Assembly: GCF_009914755.1 (NCBI RefSeq)
Contig: NC_060942.1
Strand: one strand, 5' to 3'
Source: the human T2T-CHM13v2.0 reference genome, Homo sapiens
DNA length: 64,000 nucleotides
The notes under the pieces were generated by a model that searched no databases, was not told where the DNA came from, and saw only the letters and a program-made list of their open reading frames with translations. The first letter of the stretch is position 1, and each line of letters starts with the position of its first letter. This document shows positions 12,379 through 27,610 of this stretch, one piece after another. The position numbers and the translations under genes were made by a program.

Positions 12379-14195
12379 GTAAGTTTATCGCAGATCACAG
12401 TGTTCTCATCAGCGATGCAGGACTTTCGTCTCTTGGGAGTTGGGGCTTGTGAGGTCTCCTCTGCTGCAGGTCCTCCATATTCCTCACCAGCACCAAACAG
12501 CATTAGGCAGAGTCTCCGCAAGTAGAAGCAGAGAAAAGGAGCCTGCAGGGGGACAGCTCCTGACCGTCCGTGGTGCACTCAGCGGTGCCACAGTGCACAG
12601 CATTTGGGCTGGTGTGACTCCTCCCACCCAGGATTTGCAGCCACATAAATCTTAGAGCTGTAATTATCTTAAGATTGACTTTTAGAGTAGTTCCTCTTTC
12701 AAATGTTATTTGCACTGGTATGCTGAGAGTCAAGGACTTAGATTTTCATTAACTGGGACAAAAACCTTTCCGAGTTAATTGGGAAAACTTTTATTGTGGT
12801 GTTTTCCAGTTGCCATTCTTTAGACACTCCTTACTGTTCTTAATCAGGGCCTCATTTTCTTGTCGCTCTTGCTAATTTTCTTTTCTATATGATGCACATT
12901 TAGGTTGAACCTCGAACTGGGTTGTCACTGTTATTTAGAACTTAATAGTTAGGGTTCTGTTGGGCTTAATGCTGAAGAATAATTTTAATTTCATCTTTGA
13001 ATCTTTAAGTCATTTAATTATTGTAAAGTCTCTCATTTTAGCATTAGGAGACTATTCCAGAAACGTGTTCTATTCTATGAAAATTTGGACCACTCTGCAA
13101 ACATTCTAGGCCTGCCATTTATGCACTTACTAAGACCAGCGGTGCTGTACAGTTGAAGCTCACAGCCCTGGATACTGGAAAGATGGCTCGATTGAGGACT
13201 GTTCCTTCCACCTTACTCTTTCTTTTTATTCGTTTATCTCTCACACCACCTCTTCCTTCTCCTATGGACTATAAAATGTTTTAATATGCTTGAGGGCTAA
13301 ACCCTTCCTTTCCCTCCCAGGAGACTGACCTAAAGGCACAAACTATAGATTTTAGTTCTGAAAATTCAACAATGAATACATCTAAAAATTATCATAAACT
13401 TGATAAACTCTTTGGCCTCAATTTCCTTATTTGTAAAATGGAGATGCCAGTGCTAGCTACTGACAGCATAGAATTGTGAGGAATGTAAGAGACGTGGTAA
13501 TAATGCCCAGACATAGCAAGCGTCAGGTGTTAACATCATCATCATCATCATCATTAAATCTCCCCTGTAGGTGACCTTGGCTGGCAGGATGCATCAACAC
13601 TCACTCTACAGATTTTGATAGAACCTCATTTTATTATCAGTGTGTCTTCATTTAATCCCTATGACAACTACATAGAAGAGAAAGGCCCAAGTTTAAAAAT
13701 CAGCCAAATCCAAGTTTTCCAACTTCTGTTCTCCAAGTTCTCCTCTCATAGTAGTCTGTGGATCTCCAGTTATTGTAGGCTGCCCCAATTGATTTGAGAC
13801 TAGTGATGCTCTAGTGTGCGTAATAATAGGTTGGAACTACTAAAATACATGGTAGCACAACTGCAGAGGCAATTAGTTTATTCAGAAAAAGATCATTTAA
13901 ATTTCTAATTGTTGTAACTGTTTTTAGTAACTGAGTACAAATAGATACTGAATAAATTATCCTGAACACTGTTATTATCTAAACTCAAATTTTATCATAA
14001 CTGCATTATTCATTCTGCTTCCTCAGATTGGTTCACATCCCACATCTTCACCAGCTTTTTGCAGGGTATATTTTTAAACATGCAGTGGATCAATGGAATA
14101 CTTCTGTTCAAACTGGCATACATCTGTCACAAATTGGAGGGACTTTAGATTTTTATTTCAAGGAGCTCTTCTTACCTTAAAAAATATATTTTTTA

Positions 14196-14515
<320 letters not shown>

Positions 14516-16728
14516 CTAAACAAAGTTTCATTTAAAAAAATTATCTTGAAGAGTCTAGTACCAACTTTAAAAAAACAATATTTACCTATACCTCATCCTC
14601 ATCTGTAGTTTTGATAAAGCATCATTATTTAAAATAAACGTGTCAAATTATGGCTTTATGTCACTGTTCTCCATTTTATGGCTAGGTATGAGGCAGTCAA
14701 AACTTTCCTGCAGTTAAACAGTCATTTTCCAACTTTCATTATTGAATACGTTGTCATTTCAAATTCTTTTTTGATGTTATATTCTTTGCTTAATTTGCCT
14801 TCACAGATTTTTTTTAAAGAATTGCATTTCTGCCAAAATTTGTGGGCCAATTCAGATTTGACTCTTTCCAGAGAAAGAACCTAAACCTATTTCATCACAA
14901 TAGTGCTACAGATGGCAGAGTCTATTTCTGATATGGAGTGTAGGGACAAGACCAACTGAGTGGAAATCAGATAAGGGGATTTTTGAAAGATGCCTAAAAC
15001 ATTTTTAATGAGAAACTCAAATTTTATAAATGAGATGACATTTTGCTTAGCTTCAACTTGTGTTCTATAAACCACTTTTGAGATATGAAATGTGTTCCTT
15101 GCTGGTCATGTAAAAGTAGACATTTTTGTGGACGTTAACTTGTAGACTTGCCGCTCCAGTGCTTGAAATTAAGAGTCATAAATTACAGCCCTGCATTCCT
15201 GTGCAGCCTGTGTCACATTAATGGCATCTGAAGGAACTTAGAAACGTGAGAAAATATTTTTAAATTAAGCAAAATTTGGACAGTTCAATTAAGTTAGCAT
15301 TTAAAATAGTATTGCAAGGTGCATAGTTTATACTCTGAACATATTTAAATCTTTTAAAACTTTAATGCTTTGAAGATAAATTTGAATGAAATAATTTTAT
15401 ACTCTATTAGTGGCGGACACTTAAGTTATTCTGATTATGGTGAGTTTCCAGAAAGTCTGCATCGATATTAACTATCACTATAGGACTACAGGGTAAATGC
15501 ATAATAGTACTGATTTCAGCAATAGCTTTAATAGCAGCAGTTCATTGTAAATTTGGTAAAGTATGAGTAAGAAAATCATGTGTATAAAGCACTAATTCTG
15601 TGATCTGTTTAACTAAATGAACTAAACTCTGGGTTATAGGAAACTTTATTTTACGCAAAGAAAGGTGGAAACACTGGCTCCTTTGTAACAGAGAATGACC
15701 TGTGTTGACCTTGGAGAAGCAGCAGGACAGTAGAGGCAGATACCACAGGAACCCCAGTGACAGTTCTTACCACAGAACTGAAGTCATGGGGACTTACGGC
15801 ATTGTGTGCTATTGTATTTGTCCCAGACACGAGACACTGTGACTTTAGACAAAGGTTCACAATACATAATTGCCAGATGAGAGCAGCAGTTAGCTTGCCT
15901 TGGCAGTGCAACAAAATCTGTGTTCTTAAAGCCCTGAGAAGCAATTCCCAGCCTTTAGTTAATCACATTTTTCATTTGTTAGATCACTGTGTGCTCTATG
16001 ACACCATTAACTACACATTTCCAAAGCAATAATAGGATTGTAGTCATCTGTAGGGTACAGGAGATGATTACTTACAAATATGCACTTTTTCCAAGGCCAC
16101 CGGAAGGCCTGGTGGGGCTGCTCTCCGAAAGCTCCAGCACTAGCACAGGAAAGTGGCTGCTCCTTACAGGCTGTAAGCTGATTCTAGCTTAAGGAGGCAG
16201 AAGAGTTCCCCCAAGAAGGTACAGGGGTTTTGCTCAGTGCAGAGGTGGGTGAACACGAATGTATGATAGATTATAAGTAAGGTTATAGGGAAAAGGAAAC
16301 ATTACTAACAGGTTTTCTTGTAAAGGTTCTTTTTTGAGGGTTCTGAGAGATCATCTCTTTCTTATATCTTTTTTAAAAGAATTTATGTTTCTACTTAGTC
16401 CCCAAAAGCATCTTTCTCTTAACCTATTATTTTATGACCATCTAACCCCAGCTGAGGTGTTGTAGCTAATAGGTTCCACCTCAACTGTGCCCTCATGTCC
16501 TTGCACAGTGCAAGGTGCACAATCCTGGCAGACCCTGCATGTCATTTGGGAGAGAAGGACAGTTCCTAGAAAAGTGACAAGCCAAGGAATAGAGTTATCA
16601 TTGAGCTGCAGTGACTTCTCACCCATGTGTGGGAACAAATTTTATTACCTTTTTCAGTTTCTTTGATAATGGTGGTACCTTGTATGTGCTAGTGTACTGG
16701 CTTTTTTTCTGTGGAAACTGTTCCTTTA

Positions 16729-17357
<629 letters not shown>

Positions 17358-17567
17358 CTAGAATTTGTAGGTTCCACTAAGCCCTTTCCATGTAGATGGG
17401 GCCTGCAGGGAGTTGGGGGCTGAGTGTGCACAGCCTGATGGCCTCTCTGCTCCCTAGATGCATTTCTGCTCTGCGTGCCTTTGCAATTACATCTATCATT
17501 AGCTAGAGAGAGGATCTGAACTAGACCTCCCCACTGGGTTCAGAGGACTTTCCTGCTACCTTTTCCC

Positions 17568-17595
<28 letters not shown>
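17568..17595. repeat. (GT)14 microsatellite
   Basis: Read directly. Confidence 0.97.
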
Positions 17596-17599
<4 letters not shown>

Positions 17600-18612
17600 A
17601 TTAAATTAGTTCTCAATAATAGTATTACAAAGTACTTTTTAAAATATATCCATCTTGCTGGGAGTGTTCTATAGCTGTATTAAATGTTGTGGTTCTTTCT
17701 AAATTGCATTCCATTTTATTCAGTGTATCTGTAAATCTAAAGCAGATGATATATTTTTAATCACAATATACTTAAATTTTCAGGTTAATATAGAACAATT
17801 CTATATTCTGTGATGAAATTTATTAATAATGAGTTCTTCCAGAGATTTTTTTGGGGCTATTTTATTATTTTTACTAATTCATAAGTTATAAAGCCTCTTA
17901 AATAGGCAAATGGTACTATATTTATCCAAGTATTGACCACCAACATGCAAGAGAAAATTGTAGCTAATGCCATGGGCCAGGTTAGATTTTTTTTAAAAAG
18001 TACATTATCTTTGACATGGTAAAACAAATGTAATGCATTTGGGGAAAATAACCCAGACTTTAAATAAAAACATATAGAGATACACATACACACCTTTGCT
18101 CTATATAGATATATTTAAGAACATACACTATTTGTGTTATCAGTTATATCCAGGAAAAGGGCTTTGAAATACTGAAGCTGTTTTCTAAACCTCATGCCCG
18201 GTGTACTCTTGTGCACCCAAGAGCGACACTGCTGGGATTTTCAGGACAGATGCTGGAAACCGAAACGTACATCACTTCTGGTTGCCAGTCTTTAAAACAC
18301 ACAGCTCTGAGACGAGACTAAGGGGTGAAGTACCTTCCCTGTGAGCTCAGAACTTTCACTTAAAAACGCCTAAGCCTAGACGTTGATGACATCACATGGG
18401 CTGTGTGTAATGTGTTTGTAGCCTCATTCACACTGTGAATAACTTGTTAAATTGCATATTTTGAGGTGTATTTTGAAGCTCTTAGGACATAGTTTTAGGG
18501 ACAAAAACAAACCCCCTAGAATACTGTTTTTAACCATAGGGCACTTGTTACCTGCCTCTATATACTGTAATCTGAAAGTAAAGTTTCTAGAATATTTTTG
18601 ATGAAAGTTTCC

Positions 18613-18905
18613 GGCCGGGCATGGTGGCTCATGCCTGTAATCCTAGCACTTTGGGAAGCCAAGGCGGGTGGATCACTTTAGGCCAGGAGTTTGAGATTAG
18701 CCTGGCCGACATGGTGAAACCCCGCCTCTACTAAAAATACAAAAATTAGCTGGGTGCGGTGATGGGCGCCTGTAATCCCAGCTACTCAGGAGGCTGAGGC
18801 AGGAGAATTGCTTGAATCTGGGAGGTAGAAGTTGCAGTGAGTCAAGATCATGCCATTACACCCCAGCCTGGGCTACAAGAGTGAAACTCCGTCTCAAAAA
18901 AAAAA
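18613..18905 (+). mobile_element. AluS
   Basis: Full dimer with A tail. Confidence 0.93.
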
Positions 18906-19366
18906 GGATCATATGAATTTTAGAGCAAAAACTGCACAGCCCATTAATGATAGGGTTGGGACAAGTTGTTTTAATCTTTCCAGTGCAATATGCTGTCTGG
19001 ACTGAGTAAAACGGGCATTTAGGGTGTTCCCGAACCCTTTCTTAGGTAGATAGTTTTTGCAGGCAGTATACAAAGCTGTATGTATGATAGTTTAGACCTC
19101 TTATTTTCCTTTTTATATATTAATAGTTACTGGATAGCCAGGAATACATACGTATGCAATACTGTTTTAATCCAATTTTACGTTTTTCTCTCCTTTGTGT
19201 TATTTTCTCATTAAATAATAGCATCCAAGAAATCATAAATACATTTAAGCTGAATGTGGCTTGACCGAGCTCTTTCCTCAACACCTGAGCCAGGCACTGT
19301 GCTGCCTGGGACAGGGTCACGGGTGCTGTCATGACATGCTGCTGTCATGTGCCTCTCTCTTTCCAG

Positions 19367-19505
19367 AGCCCAGCATTACATCAACATGCCCGTGCAGTTC
19401 AAACCGAAGTCCGCAGGCAAATTTGAAGCTTTGCTTGTCATTCAAACAGATGAAGGCAAGAGTATTGCTATTCGACTAATTGGTGAAGCTCTTGGAAAAA
19501 ATTAA
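19367..19505 (+). CDS. CEP192: CEP192 last exon, coding part to TAA stop
   Basis: Polypyrimidine tract plus ttccag| acceptor. (R)AQHYINMPVQFKPKSAGKFEALLVIQTDEGKSIAIRLIGEALGKN*, recognised as the CEP192 C-terminus. TAA at 19503-19505. Confidence 0.96.
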
Positions 19506-19785
19506 CTAGAATACATTTTTGTGTAAAGTAAATTACATAAGTTGTATTTTGTTAACTTTATCTTTCTACACTACAATTATGCTTTTGTATATATATTTTG
19601 TATGATGGATATCTATAATTGTAGATTTTGTTTTTACAAGCTAATACTGAAGACTCGACTGAAATATTATGTATCTAGCCCATAGTATTGTACTTAACTT
19701 TTACAGGTGAGAAGAGAGTTCTGTGTTTGCATTGATTATGATATTCTGAATAAATATGGAATATATTTTAATGTGGTATATCCAG
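19506..19785 (+). other. CEP192: CEP192 3' UTR (end approximate)
   Basis: AU-rich stretch between the stop codon and the first canonical AATAAA. Confidence 0.8.
19749..19754 (+). terminator. CEP192: Polyadenylation signal of CEP192
   Basis: AATAAA 244 nt after the stop, followed by U/GU-rich sequence. Confidence 0.8.
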
Positions 19786-20873
19786 AAATTTTTCAGTGAG
19801 CTTGTCTTTTTCTATGCTGTCATACAGAAATTAGAATATCACTTTATTCTGTTAAGTATTTTCCAGCTTCTGGGTCTGTTCTGTGATTTTTATCCTCCAT
19901 CACACAGTTTCCTTTCTCCTCAGAAATTCCTTCTCTGTTCCTCTGTCGTTTAGCCAGTTGCCCAGAGTAGAAAGGACAACTTACTTTTCAAGCAGCTGGT
20001 TATTTTACTGAGGGGAAGTCTTCATAGTCTGTGCAAACACAGTGAAGGAGGTTCCCACGTTGTTATCTTGAGTCTTTACCTCTCCTCTGAGCTCACATAC
20101 TCTATGTAAAGCTAGACAGAACAACTGCTGCAGAAGCTGGTACAGATGGGGTAGGTTCCAGCAGGATACAGGGAGGGAAACAGCAGGCCCCGAGAGCAGT
20201 CTGTGGTAGGCTTGAGGTCAAGGTGGTGACACAGTTTTACCCGGGAGGAACGTAGTTATTTATTGCCCTTCTCTCCATTATTAGAGAGTCTCCTGATGAA
20301 GCTTTGTGACCCCCAGCTCATTGCCTTTGACTTTGAAGCAACAAAATCCCAGATTGTGTAGTAGCTCAGGGATGATCACAATTGGATATTATGTGGAGTG
20401 GAAAGACCTCAGGGCTTGTAGAAAGCTGGCCGGAGGACTTAAACTAATTACAGTTTAAGAGCAATGATTGTGAGCTTGATAGAAAAACAGATCCCTTTTT
20501 TCTTCTTCCACTTCACTTTACTTTTGCCAAGTAATTTTTGCTTAGAAATCAAATTTGTAAAAACATTTTTTTCACAAGTTAAACAGGTGGTACTTTTACT
20601 GATACTGCTTGACTTCTGTTCTAGATTTTGTGCATCAAATATGAGATGACCTCATGCTTGAATTTGTACTTATTTTTCAACAGTCAGCCTTAAACATTTT
20701 AAAACCATGCTATTGCTTTTTAAGACTGTTTGCCATGGTCTTAAGTGTTTGCCAAGGTCAGTTTCTAGCAGTCATAATAGTTTCAATTCTGTGCAACTGT
20801 TACTTTGCCTTTCAGTTTATACTCAGAAGGTCAAAAAACAGGGTTAAATGATAAAACTGTAAAGGTGACTCTT

Positions 20874-21169
20874 ATTTATTTATTTATTTTGAGACAGAGT
20901 CTACCTCTGTCACCCAGGCTGGAGTGCAGTGGCACAATCTCGGCTCACTATGACCTCCACCTGGGATTCAAATGATTCTCCTGTCTGAGCCTCCCGAGTA
21001 GCTGGGATTACAGGCGCCCACTGCTATGCCAGCTAATTTTTGTGTTTTTAGTAGAGACGGGATTTCGCCATGTTGGCCAGGCTGGCCTTCAACTCCTGAC
21101 CTCAGGTGATCTGCCCGCCTTTGCCTCACAAAGTGCTGGGATTACAGGCATGAGCCACCATGCCTGGCC
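20874..21169 (-). mobile_element. AluS
   Basis: 13-bp TSD aaaggtgactctt (20861-20873 / 21170-21182). Confidence 0.95.
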
Positions 21170-21419
21170 AAAGGTGACTCTTCTTTAAAAGTGACTTTTA
21201 GGGATCTGCAGTTTGTCCTGTGCCTCCATGATTTGGAAACATGATGCTTGGCATTTTAAGAGCACGTGGATATGAACAAATGATTTGTGCAACCGGTCGC
21301 CACTCCTAAAGCAAATGCAGACTACGCTGCCTTCAAGACAGCTGCCAACGTGAAAGAGCAGTGCCCAGGGAAGGTTGCAGCAGAAGCTTGGCTTTAGCAA
21401 GGCTTCTATCGGAAATCTG

Positions 21420-22770
21420 TCTCTGTTCTTTCCCATCCCTTCCCACATTGATGTATTGAGTCTCCACCTCTCTTCTGAGCTCCTGACTCTTGGGTCCAGC
21501 CAGATGTTTCCATTTGATTATCATGTAGGCGGCTCAAACTTCTGATTTCCCTCCCTGCCTCACGGGCTTCGCCTTGCTTTCCTCATTCTACCAACCCATT
21601 TCCTCACCCTCAAGCCCTCATGTTGTTCCCTCTAAATTGTGCCTCTAACAAATCCTCATCCGTCCGTCTCAGCGGTGGCCACAGCAGCCTGAGCTCAGTC
21701 ATCTCTAAGGCCACTGCAGTCGTCTCCTCACCAGACCACCTGCTTGCTCTTAGCTCCAGAGCTTTCTCTCCACAGAAGACAGAGTTACCTTTTGAAAGAG
21801 GTAACTGCTCATATGTGAGGACAGTCGCTTGCACGTGGCATAAAGCCCAGATTCCTCCCTGTGGTCTAGAGGTCCTCAACCCCGGCCACTGCCGTCCTCC
21901 CTGAGCTCCAGCTGAGTGGCCTCCCTGCTCTTCCAGCCAGCTCGGTGCTCATGTCTCAGGTTCTTCCCCAGGCTTTGGTGTGGCCAGCTCTGCTTCTTAG
22001 AGAGGCTCTCCTGCCCCATCCAAGGCAAACTCCTCCTCCGCACATCACACTGTCCATTGTGATATGGCCCTCATGTCTGCCGCATGTGTTCCTGCTTGTT
22101 TGCTCTCCCTCCCGTGGAATGTGAGCTCTGCATGACAGGACACCTGGCTGGCCCTGCTCACCCGCATCCCCAGCACCCGGACAGCCTCGCGTGGCCTGCA
22201 GGAGTGTGACTGACCGCCCAGTGGCTCCGGTGCGTTTGCCACACTCTCCTGTTTTGGAAGGCTGTCTGCTCACCGCCCTGCTGCAGATGCCCAGCTGTTT
22301 CTCCCCACTCCCAGTAAACACTGTCTTAGGAGAGCCTCCACTCTTGCCCCAAGATTTCTTACCGGTTTCTTATGCGTCTCCAGGACATACTTCCTAGTAG
22401 TAACAGCTAAATGTTTACTGGTACCTCCCATGTGCCAAGCGGTGTCCTAAGTGCTCTGTGTCTGCTGTGGTACTTAATTCTCAACAGCTTTATAGAGATT
22501 GGGCTTTTTATGACGGAGGGACCTGAGAGTGGAGAGGAGGGACAGAGCCCTTCCTCCTATGGTGGTCCGTCCACAGTGGCATCTGTGGACAGACAGACGG
22601 ATTTATAGGGGGCTGGGGCTGGGGCTGGTATGGCCCATGGAGTTGATACTTGTATTACGTAAAGAAAGTAAGGCTCAGAGGGGTTAAGTAATTAACCAAA
22701 AGTCACACAGTTAAAAAGTTTGAGCTGGGATTCAAACCTTGTTTTTTTCTGACTTAGGTACCCAGTTACA
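21420..22770. mobile_element. Degenerate L2 and MIR fragments
   Basis: L2-like 3' motifs (gaatgtgagctctgcatgacagg...catccccagcacccggacag) and MIR-like core (aggctcagaggggttaagtaattaaccaaaagtcacacag). Confidence 0.5.
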
Positions 22771-24039
22771 GATGGCAGAAACTGTTCTTAGCGTACAGAA
22801 AATGTAATATTAGTATATGGCTGCTTTTAAAAGTTTGTGTTTGGTTGTAAAGCAGCCCTAAGATTGTAAATCAATGTGTCCTGCCAGCTGAGATTACTGG
22901 AGTCCACAAGAGTGAGGATGCTTCTCTTGTCAAGCAGGTAAGACATTCTGCAGGCAAAACTTAAAGTTCTGTAGAGCTCAGTGATGATGAGTGTGCATCA
23001 TTACTGATTTAATGAGTCCAGAAACAAGACCGTGTAAGAGGGCATCTGTTTTTAGTTTTCAGTAAAGGTTGGGATGATTTTATATATGCAATACATAGAT
23101 TTTATGGGGGACAGATTTCTGGGCAGAATTACACTGGGCAGAATTACACAAGTTCACAACTGTGAACTTGTTCTCTTTCTTAACTAACATTCCCCCTTTT
23201 CAATTCAGTATTAATTTTTTAAATTTTGATACTTAACATGATAGATTATTTTATAGAAGGTTGACGAAAGCCTTGCTCTAAAGAGAAAAACTATTTTCCC
23301 AGCCTTTTCCTGAATTAGATCATTTTTTAATATGTCTTTTTCATTAATGAAAACCCACTTGTCAGTTCTCTTAAAGGTGCATTTCCAGGCCACTGCACGT
23401 TTTTGCTACCCAACTCGGTTAGGATGTATGGGTTTCATATTGATGCTTCCTAAACTCTCAGAGCAGATTCACTTGGCATCTGATAAATTTTACTCACTCT
23501 TTAACTTTTATGCAAGTTTTTGGGTTTGCTAGTTGGCTTTTATTGAATTTCAAAATGCCACTTTGCGAACCCCACAAACACAGGCCCAGCTTCTTGTCGG
23601 TTCACCTGTCTGGTGTCACTGCCATACACACTTAGGACTCCTTGCTCCACACCTCCTTCTAGGTCCAAAAATCCCACAGGACCACTTTTGGGGAAATTGT
23701 TTGATACGAATTTATTTTTCTTTAAATAAGGATTAGTTTGTTGACTTGTTTTGTGTTTTTACACTATTTCCTGTATTACCTGAGCATGGATAGGAGAATG
23801 AACAGATAACTATAAAAATGTTCAGAGCAATGCCATTCTAAAAATAGTTCCTTTGTAAATAGGATTATTAGAGTAAGAAATAGGCAGATGCCTAGGCAGC
23901 TTCTAAGGGGGCCCACCATGGTCCCCACGTGGCCTTGTGCAGTCCTTCCCTCCAGCCCCTTGTTTCCAGCCAACAGAAGGCCTCCACATTGAGGGAAATT
24001 TCACCTGCCTGATCCCATCACAAAAGATTCCAACTCTTA

Positions 24040-24402
24040 CCTGGCTACCAGACCCTCAATAAAGCAAGCTGCCATCCCAGGGAGGGCCACATGGCAAGGA
24101 ATCAAGTGAGGCTGGAATTGACTGGCAGCTAGCTGCGAACTGAGGCTCCCAGCCCAGCAGGCCAGAAGGAAGTGGATCCTGCTGGCACCAAGTGAAGGCA
24201 CTTGGAAGTAGGTCCTGCCTCAGTCGGGCCTCAGATGAGACCCCGTTTCGGGTGACACCACACCTGCAGCCTGAGAGCCCACAACAGAGGACCCAGCTAA
24301 GCTGTGCCCAGATTCCCAATCCCAGATGCTGGAAAATCCATGCTTGTTGTTTGAAGCCTTGGCGCCTGTGTAAATTCGTTCCATAGCATCAGATAACTAA
24401 CA
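24040..24402 (+). mobile_element. MLT1-family (MaLR) LTR fragment
   Basis: Typical 3' end ...catagcatcagataactaacaca and internal ctaagctgtgcccagattcc motif. Confidence 0.65.
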
Positions 24403-24589
24403 CAGTGGGTGTTTAATTAAAGAGAAACATCACTGCAGATACAACCAGCTCTTTGAAATCAGCCACCTTGGTGGTAAATAGTTGCTTATAAAAGATTGAG
24501 ACAAGCCAACAACTGTTGATGTTTTGTGATTAAAAACTCTTTTAACCTTTAATAAAACACACACTCCCATCTTTTGTTTCACTTTCACT

Positions 24590-24888
<299 letters not shown>

Positions 24889-26912
24889 ACATTTTTAATT
24901 TTATGCCTCGGTGTAAACGTAGGCGCACTGGTAAAAGATCCTGTAAGTTAAATACATGCCAATGTAAAGGAGTAGAAGGATTCGGAACTTGGGGAACAGT
25001 AAGGGAGATTATGGAAATGAAAGTAAACGTGACCCATCTGGTCTTTAAGAGATTCGCTTGTCAAGGTGGGAGAGGGGTGCAGTGAGGATGCTAACACCCC
25101 TCAAAAGAGAACCCGACTCTGGAGGCTGACAGCCAAGGCCTTGGGCTTTGGAGAGTGGCACTGAGTGAAGGTAGAGTTGAGCAAGTGAAGCCGCGGTTGG
25201 AGCCAGAATCCTCCCTGGTGTGTTCATGACAGTTCTCATCCTGCTGTGTCCTGTACCCACCCAGAAGATGCACAGGAGCACATGTCACTGGCGGGTAGGT
25301 TCTGTGAGCATGTTGGCATGGAGAGCCAGGCCAGGCAGCCCTCTTCCCAGTATGACTTAAGAGGGGGAAGGACTCCCCCAGCCCCATCCCCACTGGGTGC
25401 AGCCAGATTCTGCTTACGTTTTGGTTGCCCCATGAAATCGCCCTTCTGTCGAATCAGTGTGAGGAGAGGCGGTCATTTATGCCTTGCCGTGCACGAGACG
25501 CTGAGGCAGGGCAGGGAAGGAACGCACATCATCTGAGCAGACTCCCAGGGGCGTCCTCAGGATGTGTCCCACGTGGACAGAAAGGCTGCTGGGAGATCTG
25601 GGGAGGGTGCAGAGGCCAGGCCTTGCCATATCACAGTTTTGCAGAGGCCACCTCTGTCTGTGCGACGTGTACTTTTTCAGTCTTGGAAGTTGGTCTTCAG
25701 CAGCCACCCTGGCCCTGTCTTTATGGAAGTGTCTAGAGAGCTCCATGTGCTCTGCTGGTGGAGCCTGCTCGCCCTCGTCCTGTGTCTCTGCAGCCTCGTT
25801 TCCCCTCACTTGCTCCTCATGTCACATCCGCCCTCATACCCCTGGAGTGGGGCAGCTTCTTCCCAACTTGGGCCCCATCACCTCCTGTCTTCTACCAGGA
25901 CACCTTCCCCAGCAGGAGGATGTCTCCTTCCTGCCTGCCAGGTCCTCAGGGAAGATGGCCCACCCACTAGTGAGGAACTGCTGGACGATTCTCTGTTGAG
26001 CGTCTGTTCTGCTGATTAAACCAGAAGTACCGTGAAGTAGGGACCAGGGCTGTGGTCACCCCCAAAGCCTTGGTGCCCAGAGCAGAACCAGCGTGTGGTG
26101 GGGCTCAGACCTTGTGAGAAAATGGATGCAATGTCCAGGGAGGCCTCTGTGTCTTTAGGCAATGGAAATGTCAAGAGGATGTGGACACTAGTTTAACATA
26201 GCAGTGCATTTATATTTCAAGCCAAACACACACCATGTGAGTGAAGAGACGCTTAAAACTGAAGTCGGGAGCAGGCCAGGACTGTTCACCACAGCTGCAT
26301 ACCACATGGCAGGAGGGGCCTCTGATGGCCACCTGGCCCTGGAGGACGGGAAGAGATGAGCTGCGAAAGATCTGAAAGAGGGAAGCCAACATGTCATTCA
26401 CAGCTGACTTCATTGTTGATAGGGAATTCCAAGAGAATTCCTCCTGGAAATGATAAGCAGTAAGAGATGTGTACCTAGGAATGCGACGGTGCCTAATTGA
26501 TACATACAAATCAATAGTCTTCCTATACATAAGGAAATAATGAACGACCAGAAAACAGCGGAAGACAAAACAGCAGAAATAAGTTTAGAAATGTGTGAAG
26601 TGTATACAAAGGAAACTGTCAGGTTCCTCTGGAGCACATCGGAGACTTGAGTAGGAGTAACTTACCGGACTGCACTGGGGGCCTTCTTCCGTAGCATGAA
26701 CAGCACCCATGAGTGGGGATGGGGCTGGGGCCGCACCAGTCCAGGCAGCATTTCCCCCAGTGGAGGGGGAGCTCTGCAGGTGCCCAGCCTCCCACGCTGT
26801 TTCAGTAGCTTGTTAGGAACTCTCCCAGACACGGATAGTGGCCCAGCTGCCCATCCCTGCCGTCACTGGGTCTGAGCGTGGCCTGTCCTTTGTTTAAATC
26901 CTACATTTAGCT

Positions 26913-27244
<332 letters not shown>

Positions 27245-27311
27245 TTAAGATTTTACATGTCTTTTTAACTGTGCCAGAATTTTATGAGGGTTGGTATGGC
27301 AATTTTTCCTT

Positions 27312-27610
27312 ATTTTTTTTTTTTTTTGAGAGACAGGATCTCACTCTGTGACCCAGGCCGGAGTGCAGTAGCACGATCATAGCTCACTGTGACCTTGAAC
27401 TCCTGGGCTGAAGTGATCCATCCTCCTCAGCCTCTCTAGTAGCTGGGACTACAGGGGTGCACTACCACACCTGGCTGATTTTTGTATTTTTTGTAGAGAA
27501 GGGGTCTTGCTATGTTGCCCAGGCTGGTCTCAAACTCCTGGGCTCAATGAATCCTTCCAACTTGGCCTCCCAAAGTGCTGGGATTACAAGCATGAGCTAC
27601 CGCTTTGGCC
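27312..27610 (-). mobile_element. AluJ
   Basis: Diverged reverse dimer, tail-to-tail with the preceding Alu. Confidence 0.9.

Noticed and set aside
25246-26019. Several 100-150 aa ORFs in moderately GC-rich unique DNA
   Set aside because: No recognisable protein similarity, overlapping in many frames, and no convincing exon boundaries.
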